Assembly: GCA_044223005.1 (NCBI GenBank)
Contig: JBGAML010000002.1
Span: forward strand, 160,001 to 224,000
Direction: 5' to 3'
Length of the DNA stretch: 64,000 nt
DNA from: Candidatus Eiseniibacteriota bacterium
GTDB lineage: Bacteria > Eisenbacteria > RBG-16-71-46
Position 1 is the stretch's first letter, and every line of letters begins with the position of its first letter. Positions 39,520 to 48,416 of this stretch are shown in pieces. A program made the translations under genes and the position numbers. The notes beneath the pieces are model-generated. The model made no database searches. It was not told the DNA's origin and was given only the letters and a program-made list of their open reading frames with translations.

Positions 39520-41337
39520 GTGCGGAAGAGAGGCCGGACCACAAGCCTGATGTGTGCGCTGGGAGCAGGGCTGCTGTTGTCGCTGCTCGGTGGGTGCGGG
39601 AAAGGGTCCTCCCCGACCGCGCCCGTGATGCAGGGCCAGGCACTCTACGTCACGAATACGAATGCCAGCGTGACGGCCTACGCCGCCGGCGCCGCGGGCG
39701 ACGCCAGCCCGCGCGCGACGATTCGGGATGCATTCCGAAATCCCGCGGGGGTCGGGGGGGACGGCACGGGCAGGACCTACGTCGCCGATCCCTACGGCAA
39801 GAGTGTCACGGTCTACGCCGCAGGCGCCAATGGCGATGACGCCCCAATCGCCACCATCAGGGGTTCGGCCACGATGCTCGGCAACCCCTACGACGTGGCC
39901 GTGGATGGCGCGGGCCGGATCTATGTCGCGGACGAGGGCAACCGCGTCACGGTGTTCGCCGCGGGCGCCAACGGCAACGTCCCTCCGATCGCGACGATCA
40001 GCGGTTCGGCCACCTTGCTCGGCGCCCCCACCGACGTGGTTGTGGATGCTACGGGCAAGATCTACGTCTCGAACTACGGTGGCCAGAGCGTCACGGTCTA
40101 CGCCGCGGGCGCCAGCGGCAACGCCGCCCCGATCGCGGCCATCAGCGGCGCGGCCACGATGTTCAGCAACCCTTCCGGCGTGGCCGTGGATGGGGCCGGC
40201 AAGATCTACGTCTCGAACAGCCTCGGCAACAGCGTCACGGTCTACGCCGCGGGCGCCAGCGGCAACGCCGCCCCGATCGCGGCCATCAGTGGCGCGGCCA
40301 CTTTGTTGAGTGCCCCCAATGGCGTGGCCGTGGATGTCGCGGGCAAGATCTACGTCTCGAACGCCAATGACAACAGCGTCACGGTTTACGCCGCGGGCGC
40401 CAGCGGCAACGCCGCCCCGATCGCGACCATCAGCGGTGCCGCCACCTTGCTGAGTGGCCCGGGCGACGTGGCCGTGGACGGCGCGGGCAGGATCCACGTC
40501 CCGAATAGAGACAACAGTGTCACCGTCTACGCTGCGGGCGCCAGCGGCGACGCCGCCCCGATCGCGAGCATCAGCGGCGCGGCCACCTTGCTGAGTACCC
40601 CCACCGGCGTGGCTGTGGATGGCGCGGGCAAGCTCTACGTCGCGGAGTCAGGCAATCGCGTCATGGTGTACGCCGCGGGCGCCAGCGGCAACGCCGCCCC
40701 GATCGCGACCATCAGCGGCGCGGCCACGATGTTCAGTAACCCCAGCGGCGTGGCCGTGGATGGTGCCGGGAAGATCTATGTCTCGAACCTCGGCAACCGC
40801 GTCACGGTGTACGCCGCGGGCGCCAGCGGCAACGCCGCCCCGATCGCGACCATCAGCGGCGCGGCCACTTTGTTGAGTACCCCCACCGGCGTGGCCGTGG
40901 ATGGCGCCGGCAAGATCTACGTCTCGAACCTCGGCAACCGCATCACGGTGTACGCCGCGGGCGCCAGCGGCAACGCCACCCCGATTGCTCCCATCGGCGG
41001 CGCGGCCACCTTGCTGAACGACCCCACCGGCGTGGCCGTGGATGGCGCGGGCAAGATCTATGTCTCGAACTACAGTGGCCACAGCGTCACGGTGTACGCC
41101 GCGAGCGCCAGCGGCAATGCCGCCCCGCTAGCGACCATCAGTGGTGCGACCACTCTGTTGAGTTCCCCCTTCGGCGTGGCCGTGGATGGCGCAGGCAAGA
41201 TCTACGTCTCGAACCCCCAGGACGACAGGATCACGGTTCATGGCGCGGGTGCCAGCGGCAACGCCGCTCCGATCGCCACCATCAGCGGCATCGACACTGG
41301 GCTGGCTGCCCCCCAGGGCATCGCGCTGCATCCGTGA
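39520..41337 (+). CDS. NHL-repeat lipoprotein (12 blades)
   Basis: Lipobox LLGG-C; 12 repeats of about 46-47 aa (P.GVAVDGAGKIYVSN...SVTVYAAGASGNAAPIATISG); SD GGAGG. Confidence 0.88.
   Translation: MRKRGRTTSLMCALGAGLLLSLLGGCGKGSSPTAPVMQGQALYVTNTNASVTAYAAGAAGDASPRATIRDAFRNPAGVGGDGTGRTYVADPYGKSVTVYAAGANGDDAPIATIRGSATMLGNPYDVAVDGAGRIYVADEGNRVTVFAAGANGNVPPIATISGSATLLGAPTDVVVDATGKIYVSNYGGQSVTVYAAGASGNAAPIAAISGAATMFSNPSGVAVDGAGKIYVSNSLGNSVTVYAAGASGNAAPIAAISGAATLLSAPNGVAVDVAGKIYVSNANDNSVTVYAAGASGNAAPIATISGAATLLSGPGDVAVDGAGRIHVPNRDNSVTVYAAGASGDAAPIASISGAATLLSTPTGVAVDGAGKLYVAESGNRVMVYAAGASGNAAPIATISGAATMFSNPSGVAVDGAGKIYVSNLGNRVTVYAAGASGNAAPIATISGAATLLSTPTGVAVDGAGKIYVSNLGNRITVYAAGASGNATPIAPIGGAATLLNDPTGVAVDGAGKIYVSNYSGHSVTVYAASASGNAAPLATISGATTLLSSPFGVAVDGAGKIYVSNPQDDRITVHGAGASGNAAPIATISGIDTGLAAPQGIALHP
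39640..41334 (+). repeat. Intragenic tandem repeat, about 138-141 bp x 12
   Basis: Near-identical blocks such as TACGCCGCGGGCGCCAGCGGCAACGCCGCCCCGATCGCG recur at this period. Confidence 0.9.
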
Positions 41338-41553
41338 GTGCGCACCGCTGAAGCACTCGCGAATCCCCTCGGTGGAATCGTCGTCGGCCGACATGACCGC
41401 GACGGATTCCGCTGTGCCAGAATTGCGCGAAACCATCGGCGATCATCGATCCCCACCTGACGCGAACGATCGTCACGCTGTCCCCAATGTGACGCATGCT
41501 GCCCGATGGCGATCCTTCGCGAGGCATCGCGTCGCAGACGAGCGGGGATGCGG

Positions 41554-41590
41554 CTTCCAGTGGGCGTGGTCGACCGGGACGGTGGCGGGG
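41554..41590 (+). repeat. att-like direct repeat, copy 2
   Basis: 36/37 identical to 38175-38211; followed in frame by RSATR-stop. Confidence 0.9.
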
Positions 41591-41737
41591 CGGAGCGCGA
41601 CGCGGTGAGTCGGACCATGGCCGTGCTCTGCCGTGCACGGTCGTGACACCGCCAGCGGCCGAAATCCGACGTCTCGTGAGGGAGAACCGAGGCGCGAATC
41701 CCAGCCGCGAGGGACCGGAAGCCGACGACGCTTTCCC

Positions 41738-41766
41738 TTGCCATGAGACCGACCGGTCTATACCAT
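41738..41766 (+). promoter_or_regulatory. Promoter with embedded TetR-type operator
   Basis: TTGCCA-N17-TACCAT with the palindrome AGACC-GACC-GGTCT (41746-41759) in the spacer; ATG 7 nt downstream. Confidence 0.75.
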
Positions 41767-41773
41767 GCCCGCC

Positions 41774-42364
41774 ATGAGCCAGGTCCGCGAACGAATCCTC
41801 GAGGTTGCCTCCGACCTCTTCTACCGCCACGGAATCAAGGCCGTGGGAGTCGACGCGATCATCTCCCAGGCGGACGTGGCGCGCATGAGCTTCTATCGCC
41901 ACTTCCGCTCCAAGGACGGGCTGGTCGTGGCCTACCTGGAGCGGCGCGACGAGGCGATTCGGGTCTGGTTCGAGAAGCAGGTGCGCCGGCTCGCGCCGAA
42001 TCCGCGCGACCGTCCGCTGGCGGTCTTTGACGCGCTGGCGATGCGTTTCCGATTCAAGGGGTACCGGGGCTGCGGCTTCACCAACGCGATTGCCGAGGTC
42101 GCAGACCCCGCGAGCGAAGCGCACGGAGCCGCGGCGGCGCACAAGCGGCGCTTCCAGGGCTGGCTCGCAGAGCTCCTGCGCGAAGCGGGGCTGGACGAGA
42201 TCTGCGCGGCGGACCTTCTCCTCCTGTTCGAGGGGGCGACGGCCGCCGCGGTTCGCGAGGGAACGGCCGAGCCTGCGCACCGGGCCAAGCGGATCGCTGC
42301 CGTCCTGCTCGGCGTTCCCGAGCCCCGCCGAATCCCGAAGCGCACGAGCAACCCCCGACACTAG
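41774..42364 (+). CDS. TetR/AcrR family regulator
   Basis: RERILEVASDLFYRHGI..VGVDAII..ADVA.MSFYRHF.SKD.L and RGCGFTNA. Start chosen at ATG 41774 (alternative 41765). Confidence 0.92.
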   Translation: MSQVRERILEVASDLFYRHGIKAVGVDAIISQADVARMSFYRHFRSKDGLVVAYLERRDEAIRVWFEKQVRRLAPNPRDRPLAVFDALAMRFRFKGYRGCGFTNAIAEVADPASEAHGAAAAHKRRFQGWLAELLREAGLDEICAADLLLLFEGATAAAVREGTAEPAHRAKRIAAVLLGVPEPRRIPKRTSNPRH

Positions 42365-42386
42365 ACCGCCACCCCCCGGAGGCTCC

Positions 42387-43616
42387 GTGTCCGCACGCGA
42401 GTCCATCGCGGTTTCCGCTGACGACGATTCGACGGCAATCCCGAACGAGTTGCGCCCGGTCGCGCCATCGGAACGGCGTCTCGAACTGGACGTCCTGCGC
42501 GGCCTCGCGCTCTTCGGAGTGCTCCTCGTGAATGTCACCGTGTTCAGCGGTTCGGATCTGGCGCTCGAGCAGAAGCTGCCTTATCCGTGGGGCTGGGGTG
42601 GCGCATGGCCGAGCGATCTGCGGAGCGCGCTGGTGGAAAGCAAGGCCGCCGCCCTCCTGGCCATGCTCTTTGGAGCCGGCCTGACGATCCAGTGCGACCG
42701 AGTCCTGCGGCAAGGCCGCTCCTATGTCGCCTTCGCGTTCCGCCGCTCGGGCGCGCTCGCGCTGATCGGGCTCGCTCACACGCTCCTGCTGTGGAACGGC
42801 GACATCCTGCTCGACTACGCGGTGATCAGCCTTCTGATGATCCCGTTCCTCCGACTGCGCGCCTCGCGGATTCTGTGGGCAATCCCGGCACTCATTGCGG
42901 CGACCATCGTCCTGACGGTGCCCATCCTGCGCCTGGCCGAGTCGGGGCTCTCCTATCCGCTGCAGGTGCAACACTACGGTGCCGGTTCCTGGGTGGACGC
43001 ATTCCGATTTCGGGCGTGGGAGTTCATCCACGCCATGGGCCCGATGCGGGCGGCGAACCGGCTGCCGATTCTCTCGCCGTTCTTCGTCCTGGGGGCCTAC
43101 TTCTGGAAGAAGGGGTATCTCTCCGAGCCGATGCAGCATCGCGGTGCACTCGTGCGGATCCTCGCCGCCTGTTCGCTGATCGGACTGTTCGCGAACGCGG
43201 TCCCGTGGGAGCACCTCGGCGGCTGGCTGACCGTGCACATTCCGTTTCGGCCGCTGAGAATCGTGATCAAGCTGGTGTGCTTCCTGGGCCGCCCCTTGCT
43301 CACGCTCGGCTACGCCACCGGGATCCTGCTCCTGCTCCAGCGGCCCGGGTGGCGGCGCGCCCTCGCCCACATCGCACCCCTCGGACGAATGGCCCTTAGC
43401 CAGTACCTGCTCCAGTCCGTGGTGTGCACGTTGGTGTTCAATGGCTACGGGCTCGGTCTCTTCGGCAAGGTCTCGATCAACGCCTGCATCCTCGGCACGA
43501 TCGTGTTCTTCCCCCTGCAGGTGTGGACCAGCGAGTGGTGGCTCGCGCGGTTCCGGATGGGGCCGGCGGAGTGGTTGTGGCGCCGGATGGTGTATGGGGG
43601 GGCACGCCACGAGTAG
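42387..43616 (+). CDS. DUF418 (YeiB-like) membrane protein
   Basis: LDVLRGLALFGVLLVN, W.GDIL..YA, GRMALSQYLLQS, GPAEWLWRRM; SD GGAGG before GTG. Confidence 0.88.
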   Translation: MSARESIAVSADDDSTAIPNELRPVAPSERRLELDVLRGLALFGVLLVNVTVFSGSDLALEQKLPYPWGWGGAWPSDLRSALVESKAAALLAMLFGAGLTIQCDRVLRQGRSYVAFAFRRSGALALIGLAHTLLLWNGDILLDYAVISLLMIPFLRLRASRILWAIPALIAATIVLTVPILRLAESGLSYPLQVQHYGAGSWVDAFRFRAWEFIHAMGPMRAANRLPILSPFFVLGAYFWKKGYLSEPMQHRGALVRILAACSLIGLFANAVPWEHLGGWLTVHIPFRPLRIVIKLVCFLGRPLLTLGYATGILLLLQRPGWRRALAHIAPLGRMALSQYLLQSVVCTLVFNGYGLGLFGKVSINACILGTIVFFPLQVWTSEWWLARFRMGPAEWLWRRMVYGGARHE

Positions 43617-43956
43617 GCTGACCGCTCCCGTCGCGAGGCGTTCCTTCGCGGGACTCGGAGGCTGGCGAGGCGGGAATTTCCGATCGGAGCCTGCCCACCA
43701 ACCATCGGGCGTCGCGCCCCGCACCCCCGCTTCGCTCCGCCTCACGCGCGAGGAGCTACGCCGGCGCCTTTCGAGCCGAGTTCGGGGCTCGGCGCCGACC
43801 ACGGACTCCTGTGTCGGATCGGTGCGAAAACCAACGCGCGACAGCGGTGATCATCGATCGCAATCGGTCATGACGGCGTTCGCGGAAAGTGTCGATGGCC
43901 GCCCGCCGTGCTCGATCTCAACGGATGTCCTCGCCTCGGGGCCGGCATTCGATCTT

Positions 43957-43989
43957 CAGTGGGTGTGGTCGAGCGGGACGGTGGCGGGG
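43957..43989 (+). repeat. att-like direct repeat, copy 3
   Basis: CAGTGGGTGTGGTCGAGCGGGACGGTGGCGGGG, 32/33 identical to copy 1; followed in frame by RAACRAAV-stop. Confidence 0.88.
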
Positions 43990-44050
43990 CGGGCGGCCTG
44001 TCGTGCCGCCGTGTGAGCGGGCGCATGCTCGTGCAGGGTGGTCGGGTGGT

Positions 44051-45244
44051 TCAGAAGGACCATTTCACCCACAACGTCGCGATGTTCCCGTCGTCGCCGA
44101 ACTCCGTCCCGGAAGCGCCGCCGAAGAGCAGCGCGCTCGCGGACACGTCGAGGTCGGTCCAGGCGGACCAGCGAGCCGATGGGCCCGCGTACCACGAGTG
44201 GTCGCCGGGATCGAGAATCCCGTCCAGCCCGACTCGCACGAGCGGGCCCAGGTCGTGGCCGGCCTCGGAGTAGATCGAGAACCGCGCCGGGCTGAGCCAG
44301 CGCCGGCGGTACGCGCGGGCCAGCCGCGCGCCGCCCGCCGCGCCACTCGTGCCGCGCTCGTTGTAGAGCACGGCTCCGTGCAGGTAGAGCGAACTCGGGA
44401 ACGTGTAGTCACCGTCGAGCGTGCCGGTCCAGCCGGGGGGCTCCGGCTGGCCGTCCTCGACGAGCGCCAGGCCGTCGCGTGGGACCGTGTACAGCAGTTC
44501 GCCGCGGAACCCGCCGCCACCGATGCTGCCCGCCCACGCGCCGCCCGCCAGCGCCTCCGCACCGCGCCGGCCCGCGAGCACGATCCAGTCGTAGCCGGCG
44601 CGATTCACCACCAGTTGGGCCGCCGCCACGTCGTCGTCGGCGTGGGGCAGGGGCGCGAAGGCCAGCTCGAGCTTCGAGCTGGGCCCGAGGTAGAGCTGCA
44701 CGCGCGCCGCATCGGCGCCCGGCTTCTCCTCGTTGTCGAAGTCGAGCGGAGAGGAGGGATTGAAGAGATCGACCGGATTCCACACGAGGGCCGTTCCCCA
44801 GGCGACCCGTTGACGGCCGATCGTGGCCTGGAGCGGGCCGGCGCTGGCGCTGATCCACAGACGGTCGGGCACGACCGCGAACACGGCGCGCTCCCGATCG
44901 ATGGGGCGCCACTCCCAGTCGAAGAACGCGCGATTGCCGCCGAACTGCTCGGACAGCGCATGCAACTCGCCGGCTCCGTCCCCCTGGAACAGCTGCGTCT
45001 TCAGCTCCAGTCCGGTGGCCACCGACGCCACGGGGAACGCGCGCACGTTCAGTCGCGCGTTCAGGATGTTCGTGGCGTTCGTGCCGCCGTGGGACGCGGG
45101 CTGCAGCGCGGCCGACTCCTCCCACAGGAACGGCGACTCGCGGACGTAACCGCCCAGCGTGAAGGAATCCCGGTCCGCGGCGCGCGCGCTCCCGGAGACG
45201 AGCAGAAGGCCGGCGAGGACGGTCGCCACCTGCCGAAGACCCAT
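44051..45244 (-). CDS. Putative outer-membrane beta-barrel protein of the ABC operon
   Basis: Signal peptide; GRQRVAWG....WNPVDLFNP; C-terminal alternating strand ending KWSF. Confidence 0.75.
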   Translation of the reverse strand: MGLRQVATVLAGLLLVSGSARAADRDSFTLGGYVRESPFLWEESAALQPASHGGTNATNILNARLNVRAFPVASVATGLELKTQLFQGDGAGELHALSEQFGGNRAFFDWEWRPIDRERAVFAVVPDRLWISASAGPLQATIGRQRVAWGTALVWNPVDLFNPSSPLDFDNEEKPGADAARVQLYLGPSSKLELAFAPLPHADDDVAAAQLVVNRAGYDWIVLAGRRGAEALAGGAWAGSIGGGGFRGELLYTVPRDGLALVEDGQPEPPGWTGTLDGDYTFPSSLYLHGAVLYNERGTSGAAGGARLARAYRRRWLSPARFSIYSEAGHDLGPLVRVGLDGILDPGDHSWYAGPSARWSAWTDLDVSASALLFGGASGTEFGDDGNIATLWVKWSF

Positions 45245-45255
45245 GGTGCGAGCTC

Positions 45256-45939
45256 CTACGCCCGGCGCTCGTCCGAGACGACGCGGCCGTCGCGCAGCTG
45301 GATGACGCGATGCGCCCGCGCCACCACCCGCGGGTCGTGGGTGGAGAAGACGAACGTCATGCCGCGCGAACGATTGAGTTCCACCATCTGGTCGAGCAGG
45401 CCCTCGGCGGCCGCCGAGTCCAGGTTCGCGGTCGGTTCGTCGGCGAGCACGAGCGACGGCTGCGACGCCAGGGCGCGCGCCACCGCGACGCGCTGCTGCT
45501 GGCCTCCCGACAGCTCGAACGGGCGTCGCTGCCGCTCGCGACCCAGCCCCACGTGCTCCAACAGCTCGCGCGCGCGGCGCGTGCGCTCCGTGGCGGGCAG
45601 CCCCTGCAGCAGCATGATGAACTCCACGTTCTCCTGTGCGGTCAGCACGGGAACGAGGTTGTACGCCTGGAACACGAAGCCGATGTGGTGCAACCGAAAG
45701 TCCACGCGGTCGCCGGCACGCATCGAGGCGAGGTCCCGGCCGCCGACCTCGATCCGGCCCGAGGTGGGCCGGTCGAGCCCGCCGATGAGATTCAGCAGGG
45801 TCGACTTTCCGGAGCCCGACGGGCCCACGATCGCCGCGAACTCGCCTTCCTCGACCGCGAGCGTCACCTGGTCCACCGCGCTGACCGGAACGCCCTGTCC
45901 GCGATAGACGCGGGTCAGGTCCTGGGTCCTGATGACCAC
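45256..45939 (-). CDS. ABC transporter ATP-binding protein (LolD/MacB-like)
   Basis: GPSGSGKST, GFVFQAYNL, LSGGQQQRVAVARAL, ADEPTANLD; SD AAGGAGG before GTG. Confidence 0.93.
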   Translation of the reverse strand: MVIRTQDLTRVYRGQGVPVSAVDQVTLAVEEGEFAAIVGPSGSGKSTLLNLIGGLDRPTSGRIEVGGRDLASMRAGDRVDFRLHHIGFVFQAYNLVPVLTAQENVEFIMLLQGLPATERTRRARELLEHVGLGRERQRRPFELSGGQQQRVAVARALASQPSLVLADEPTANLDSAAAEGLLDQMVELNRSRGMTFVFSTHDPRVVARAHRVIQLRDGRVVSDERRA

Positions 45940-45955
45940 GACGACGTCCTCCTTC

Positions 45956-47173
45956 TCACTCGTACGAGCGAATGGCGCGAACGGGATCGAGCCGCACCGC
46001 CTTCCACCCGGGGGGAATCGAAGCGACCATTGCCGTGACGACCACGAGCAGCACGACGCACGGGTACTGGGTGAGCGGCAGCACCGGGCGAACGATGCGG
46101 CCGAATCCGAAGGCCGCCAGTCCGCTCGAGACGAACGACAGGTCGATGCCGGTGCGGCCGAGCACCGCGACCGAGAGTCCGCCGAGCGCCACCCCGGCCA
46201 GCGCACCACCCGACGAGAGAAGGATCGTCTCGGTGAGGACCATCGCGAACACCAGTCGCGGGCGCATGCCGAGTGCGATCAGCACGCCGAGCTCGCGCGT
46301 CCGCTCGAGCACGCCCATCAACATGGTGTTGGTGATGCCGAAGACCAGCGCGATCAGGATCACGACCAGGAAGATCCCGTCCATCTGCGACGTGGACTCC
46401 TGGGTGAGTGCGACTTCGGGGGAGAGGTCGCGCCAAGTTTCGACGTCGAGATCCGGGAACTCCCGGCGTATCGCCGCCGCCAGTGCGTCGAGGTCGTCCG
46501 GGCGGCGGGCGCGCACCGCGATCTCGTGCAGCGCGCTCCCGAGCGCGAAGCCGCGGCTCAGGTCGGCGCGCGAGACGAAGACGGCCGTTTCGTCGAATCC
46601 CGAGTTCACGGTGCGGTAGACGCCCACGATCCGAAGCGCGGCGGTTCCGATCGAGCCGTCCCCGGCCTGGGCCGTGATCACGAACTTCTTTCCCAGCCCG
46701 AGGCCGAGCTTGCGAGCCAGCCGCTCGCCCACCACCGCGGCATTGCGCCGGGTGCCGTCGAGGTACCGGCCCTCGATCACGTGCTCCGCCACGTCCGTCG
46801 TGCGTCGCTCCGCGCCAGGATCCACCCCGTAGACCCGGACACCGCGCGCGGTCGTCGCCGACGAGGCCATCCCGTTCAGCACCACCCGCCCCGCGACCGC
46901 CTCGACCCCCGGCAGGCGCGACAGCCGCGCCGCCGCCGAGTCGGCCTGTGGAATCGAGAGACTCACGTCCCCGCGCCCGAGGAAGCCGTGGGCGTGAAGC
47001 TGGAGGTGGGAAGTTCGGGTGAGGATCGCGGCCTGGACCTGCTGCTGCGTCATGCCGTTCATCAGCGCCATTTCCAGGATCCCGGCCCAGATCCCGAAGC
47101 CGATCGCCGCGATCAGGATGGCGCTGCGCCGGCCGCCCCGCCACACGTTCCGCCACGCGATGGTCGCGATCAT
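45956..47173 (-). CDS. ABC transporter permease (LolC/E-FtsX family)
   Basis: AWRNVWR..RRS, NTMLMGVLERTRELGVL.ALGM. Confidence 0.92.
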   Translation of the reverse strand: MIATIAWRNVWRGGRRSAILIAAIGFGIWAGILEMALMNGMTQQQVQAAILTRTSHLQLHAHGFLGRGDVSLSIPQADSAAARLSRLPGVEAVAGRVVLNGMASSATTARGVRVYGVDPGAERRTTDVAEHVIEGRYLDGTRRNAAVVGERLARKLGLGLGKKFVITAQAGDGSIGTAALRIVGVYRTVNSGFDETAVFVSRADLSRGFALGSALHEIAVRARRPDDLDALAAAIRREFPDLDVETWRDLSPEVALTQESTSQMDGIFLVVILIALVFGITNTMLMGVLERTRELGVLIALGMRPRLVFAMVLTETILLSSGGALAGVALGGLSVAVLGRTGIDLSFVSSGLAAFGFGRIVRPVLPLTQYPCVVLLVVVTAMVASIPPGWKAVRLDPVRAIRSYE

Positions 47174-47176
47174 CGC

Positions 47177-48403
47177 TCAGTGCCCTTCCCGCATGGCCGT
47201 GACCGGATCGAGGGTCGCGACACGATGCAGCGGCAGGCCCGTGGCGGCGACGGCCAGCACGAGGACCGCGAAGGTCTGCCAGAGAAAGATCGACGGCGTC
47301 AGAAGGAACGGCAGGATGGGCTCGAAGCCGTAGCGCTCCATGGCGCGGGCGCTCGCACCGCTCAGGAGCACGGGGTGCCGCGCGAGGTACGCGATCAAGG
47401 GGACGCCCAGCAGCACGCCGGCCAGCGCGCCCAGCAGGGCGAGCATCACGCTCTCGCAGAGCACGATCCCGCCCAGCAGGCGTCGCCGCATGCCCACCGC
47501 GACGAGGACGCCGAACTCGCGGGTCCGTTCCATCGTCATCATCAGCACGGTGCCGAGGATGCCGAAACCGATGACGACGTAGACCAGCAGCAGCATGACT
47601 ATGCCGCTGGCGTTGTCGAGCCGGATGTACTGGACCATCTCCGGCATCATCGATTCCCACGACACCACCTCGAACGATCGTCCCAGTCGCGCGGTCAGCG
47701 CCGACTCGACACCCGCCAGCGCCCGGGGATCGTCGATCATGACCGCCAGCGAGGTCACGCGGTCGGGGGCGCCGGCGAACGCCTGTGCCGCCGGAAGCGC
47801 GAGATACGCGAGCGTGGCGTTCAGTTCGGGCGCCGGGAATCGCACCGTGCCCACGATCCGGAAGCGCCCCGCCGCCGAGACGGCGTGGTAGCCGGAGCCG
47901 AGCGCGATCACGGTGTCGCCGGCCTGGAGCCCCAGGTGGCGGGCCAGTTCCGACCCCAGCAGGATGCCCGCGTCGCCGGCACGCAGGTAGCGCCCGCTCG
48001 CCACCTTGCGGGACAGCCCCGTGAGGTGGTCCTCGCGGGCCGGGTCGATGCCGATCAACTGGGCACCGTCGGTCACGTTCCCGCTCGAGAGCAGCGCGAA
48101 GGACTCCAGCCTCGGCGCGCTGAACGTCACATGTCGCACGGCCTCCACCGCCGACGCCGTCGCGCCGGGCCGGGTGAAGCTCGCCTCCAGGCTCTGCGAA
48201 TCCTGGAAGCCACGCGCGTGCACCTGCAGGTAGCCGGTGTAGAAGGACACCACGTTGTGGATCGTGCGGTCGTACATGCCGAGTTGCATCGAGCGCGTGG
48301 TCAGCGCGACCACGACGGCGAAGACCACGGACGACATGGCGATCAGGCTGCGGCGCCGGCTGCGCCACAGATTGCGCCACGCGAGGGTCGCGAAGAGCCT
48401 CAT
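47177..48403 (-). CDS. ABC transporter permease (LolC/E-FtsX family)
   Basis: LAWRNLWRSRRRS, MERTREFGVLVAVGM. Confidence 0.92.
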   Translation of the reverse strand: MRLFATLAWRNLWRSRRRSLIAMSSVVFAVVVALTTRSMQLGMYDRTIHNVVSFYTGYLQVHARGFQDSQSLEASFTRPGATASAVEAVRHVTFSAPRLESFALLSSGNVTDGAQLIGIDPAREDHLTGLSRKVASGRYLRAGDAGILLGSELARHLGLQAGDTVIALGSGYHAVSAAGRFRIVGTVRFPAPELNATLAYLALPAAQAFAGAPDRVTSLAVMIDDPRALAGVESALTARLGRSFEVVSWESMMPEMVQYIRLDNASGIVMLLLVYVVIGFGILGTVLMMTMERTREFGVLVAVGMRRRLLGGIVLCESVMLALLGALAGVLLGVPLIAYLARHPVLLSGASARAMERYGFEPILPFLLTPSIFLWQTFAVLVLAVAATGLPLHRVATLDPVTAMREGH

Positions 48404-48416
48404 CGCGCCCCGCCCC

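Larger units (their letters stand above)
38212..41590. mobile_element. Putative integrated unit 1 (about 3.4 kb) between repeat copies 1 and 2; no recombinase
   Basis: Bounded by 37-bp direct repeats; contains two pseudogenes and an NHL lipoprotein. Confidence 0.55.
41591..43989. mobile_element. Putative integrated unit 2 (about 2.4 kb) between repeat copies 2 and 3; no recombinase
   Basis: Bounded by direct repeats; contains TetR + DUF418. Confidence 0.55.

Noticed and set aside
39640..41334. Tandem repeats as a CRISPR array or DGR template/variable repeats
   Set aside because: Repeats are in-frame protein blades with no unique spacers; differences are not adenine-specific; no cas or reverse transcriptase gene seen.
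41186..41608. ORFs ending in QW.WS.GTVAG (41186-41608, 43441-44016) as real flavoprotein paralogs
   Set aside because: Only the final 12 or so residues match; the upstream parts are not homologous and overlap other genes.
38175..43989. Classical integron cassette array
   Set aside because: Repeats are direct copies of a gene end, not palindromic attC sites with RYYYAAC/GTTRRRY ends; no intI seen.
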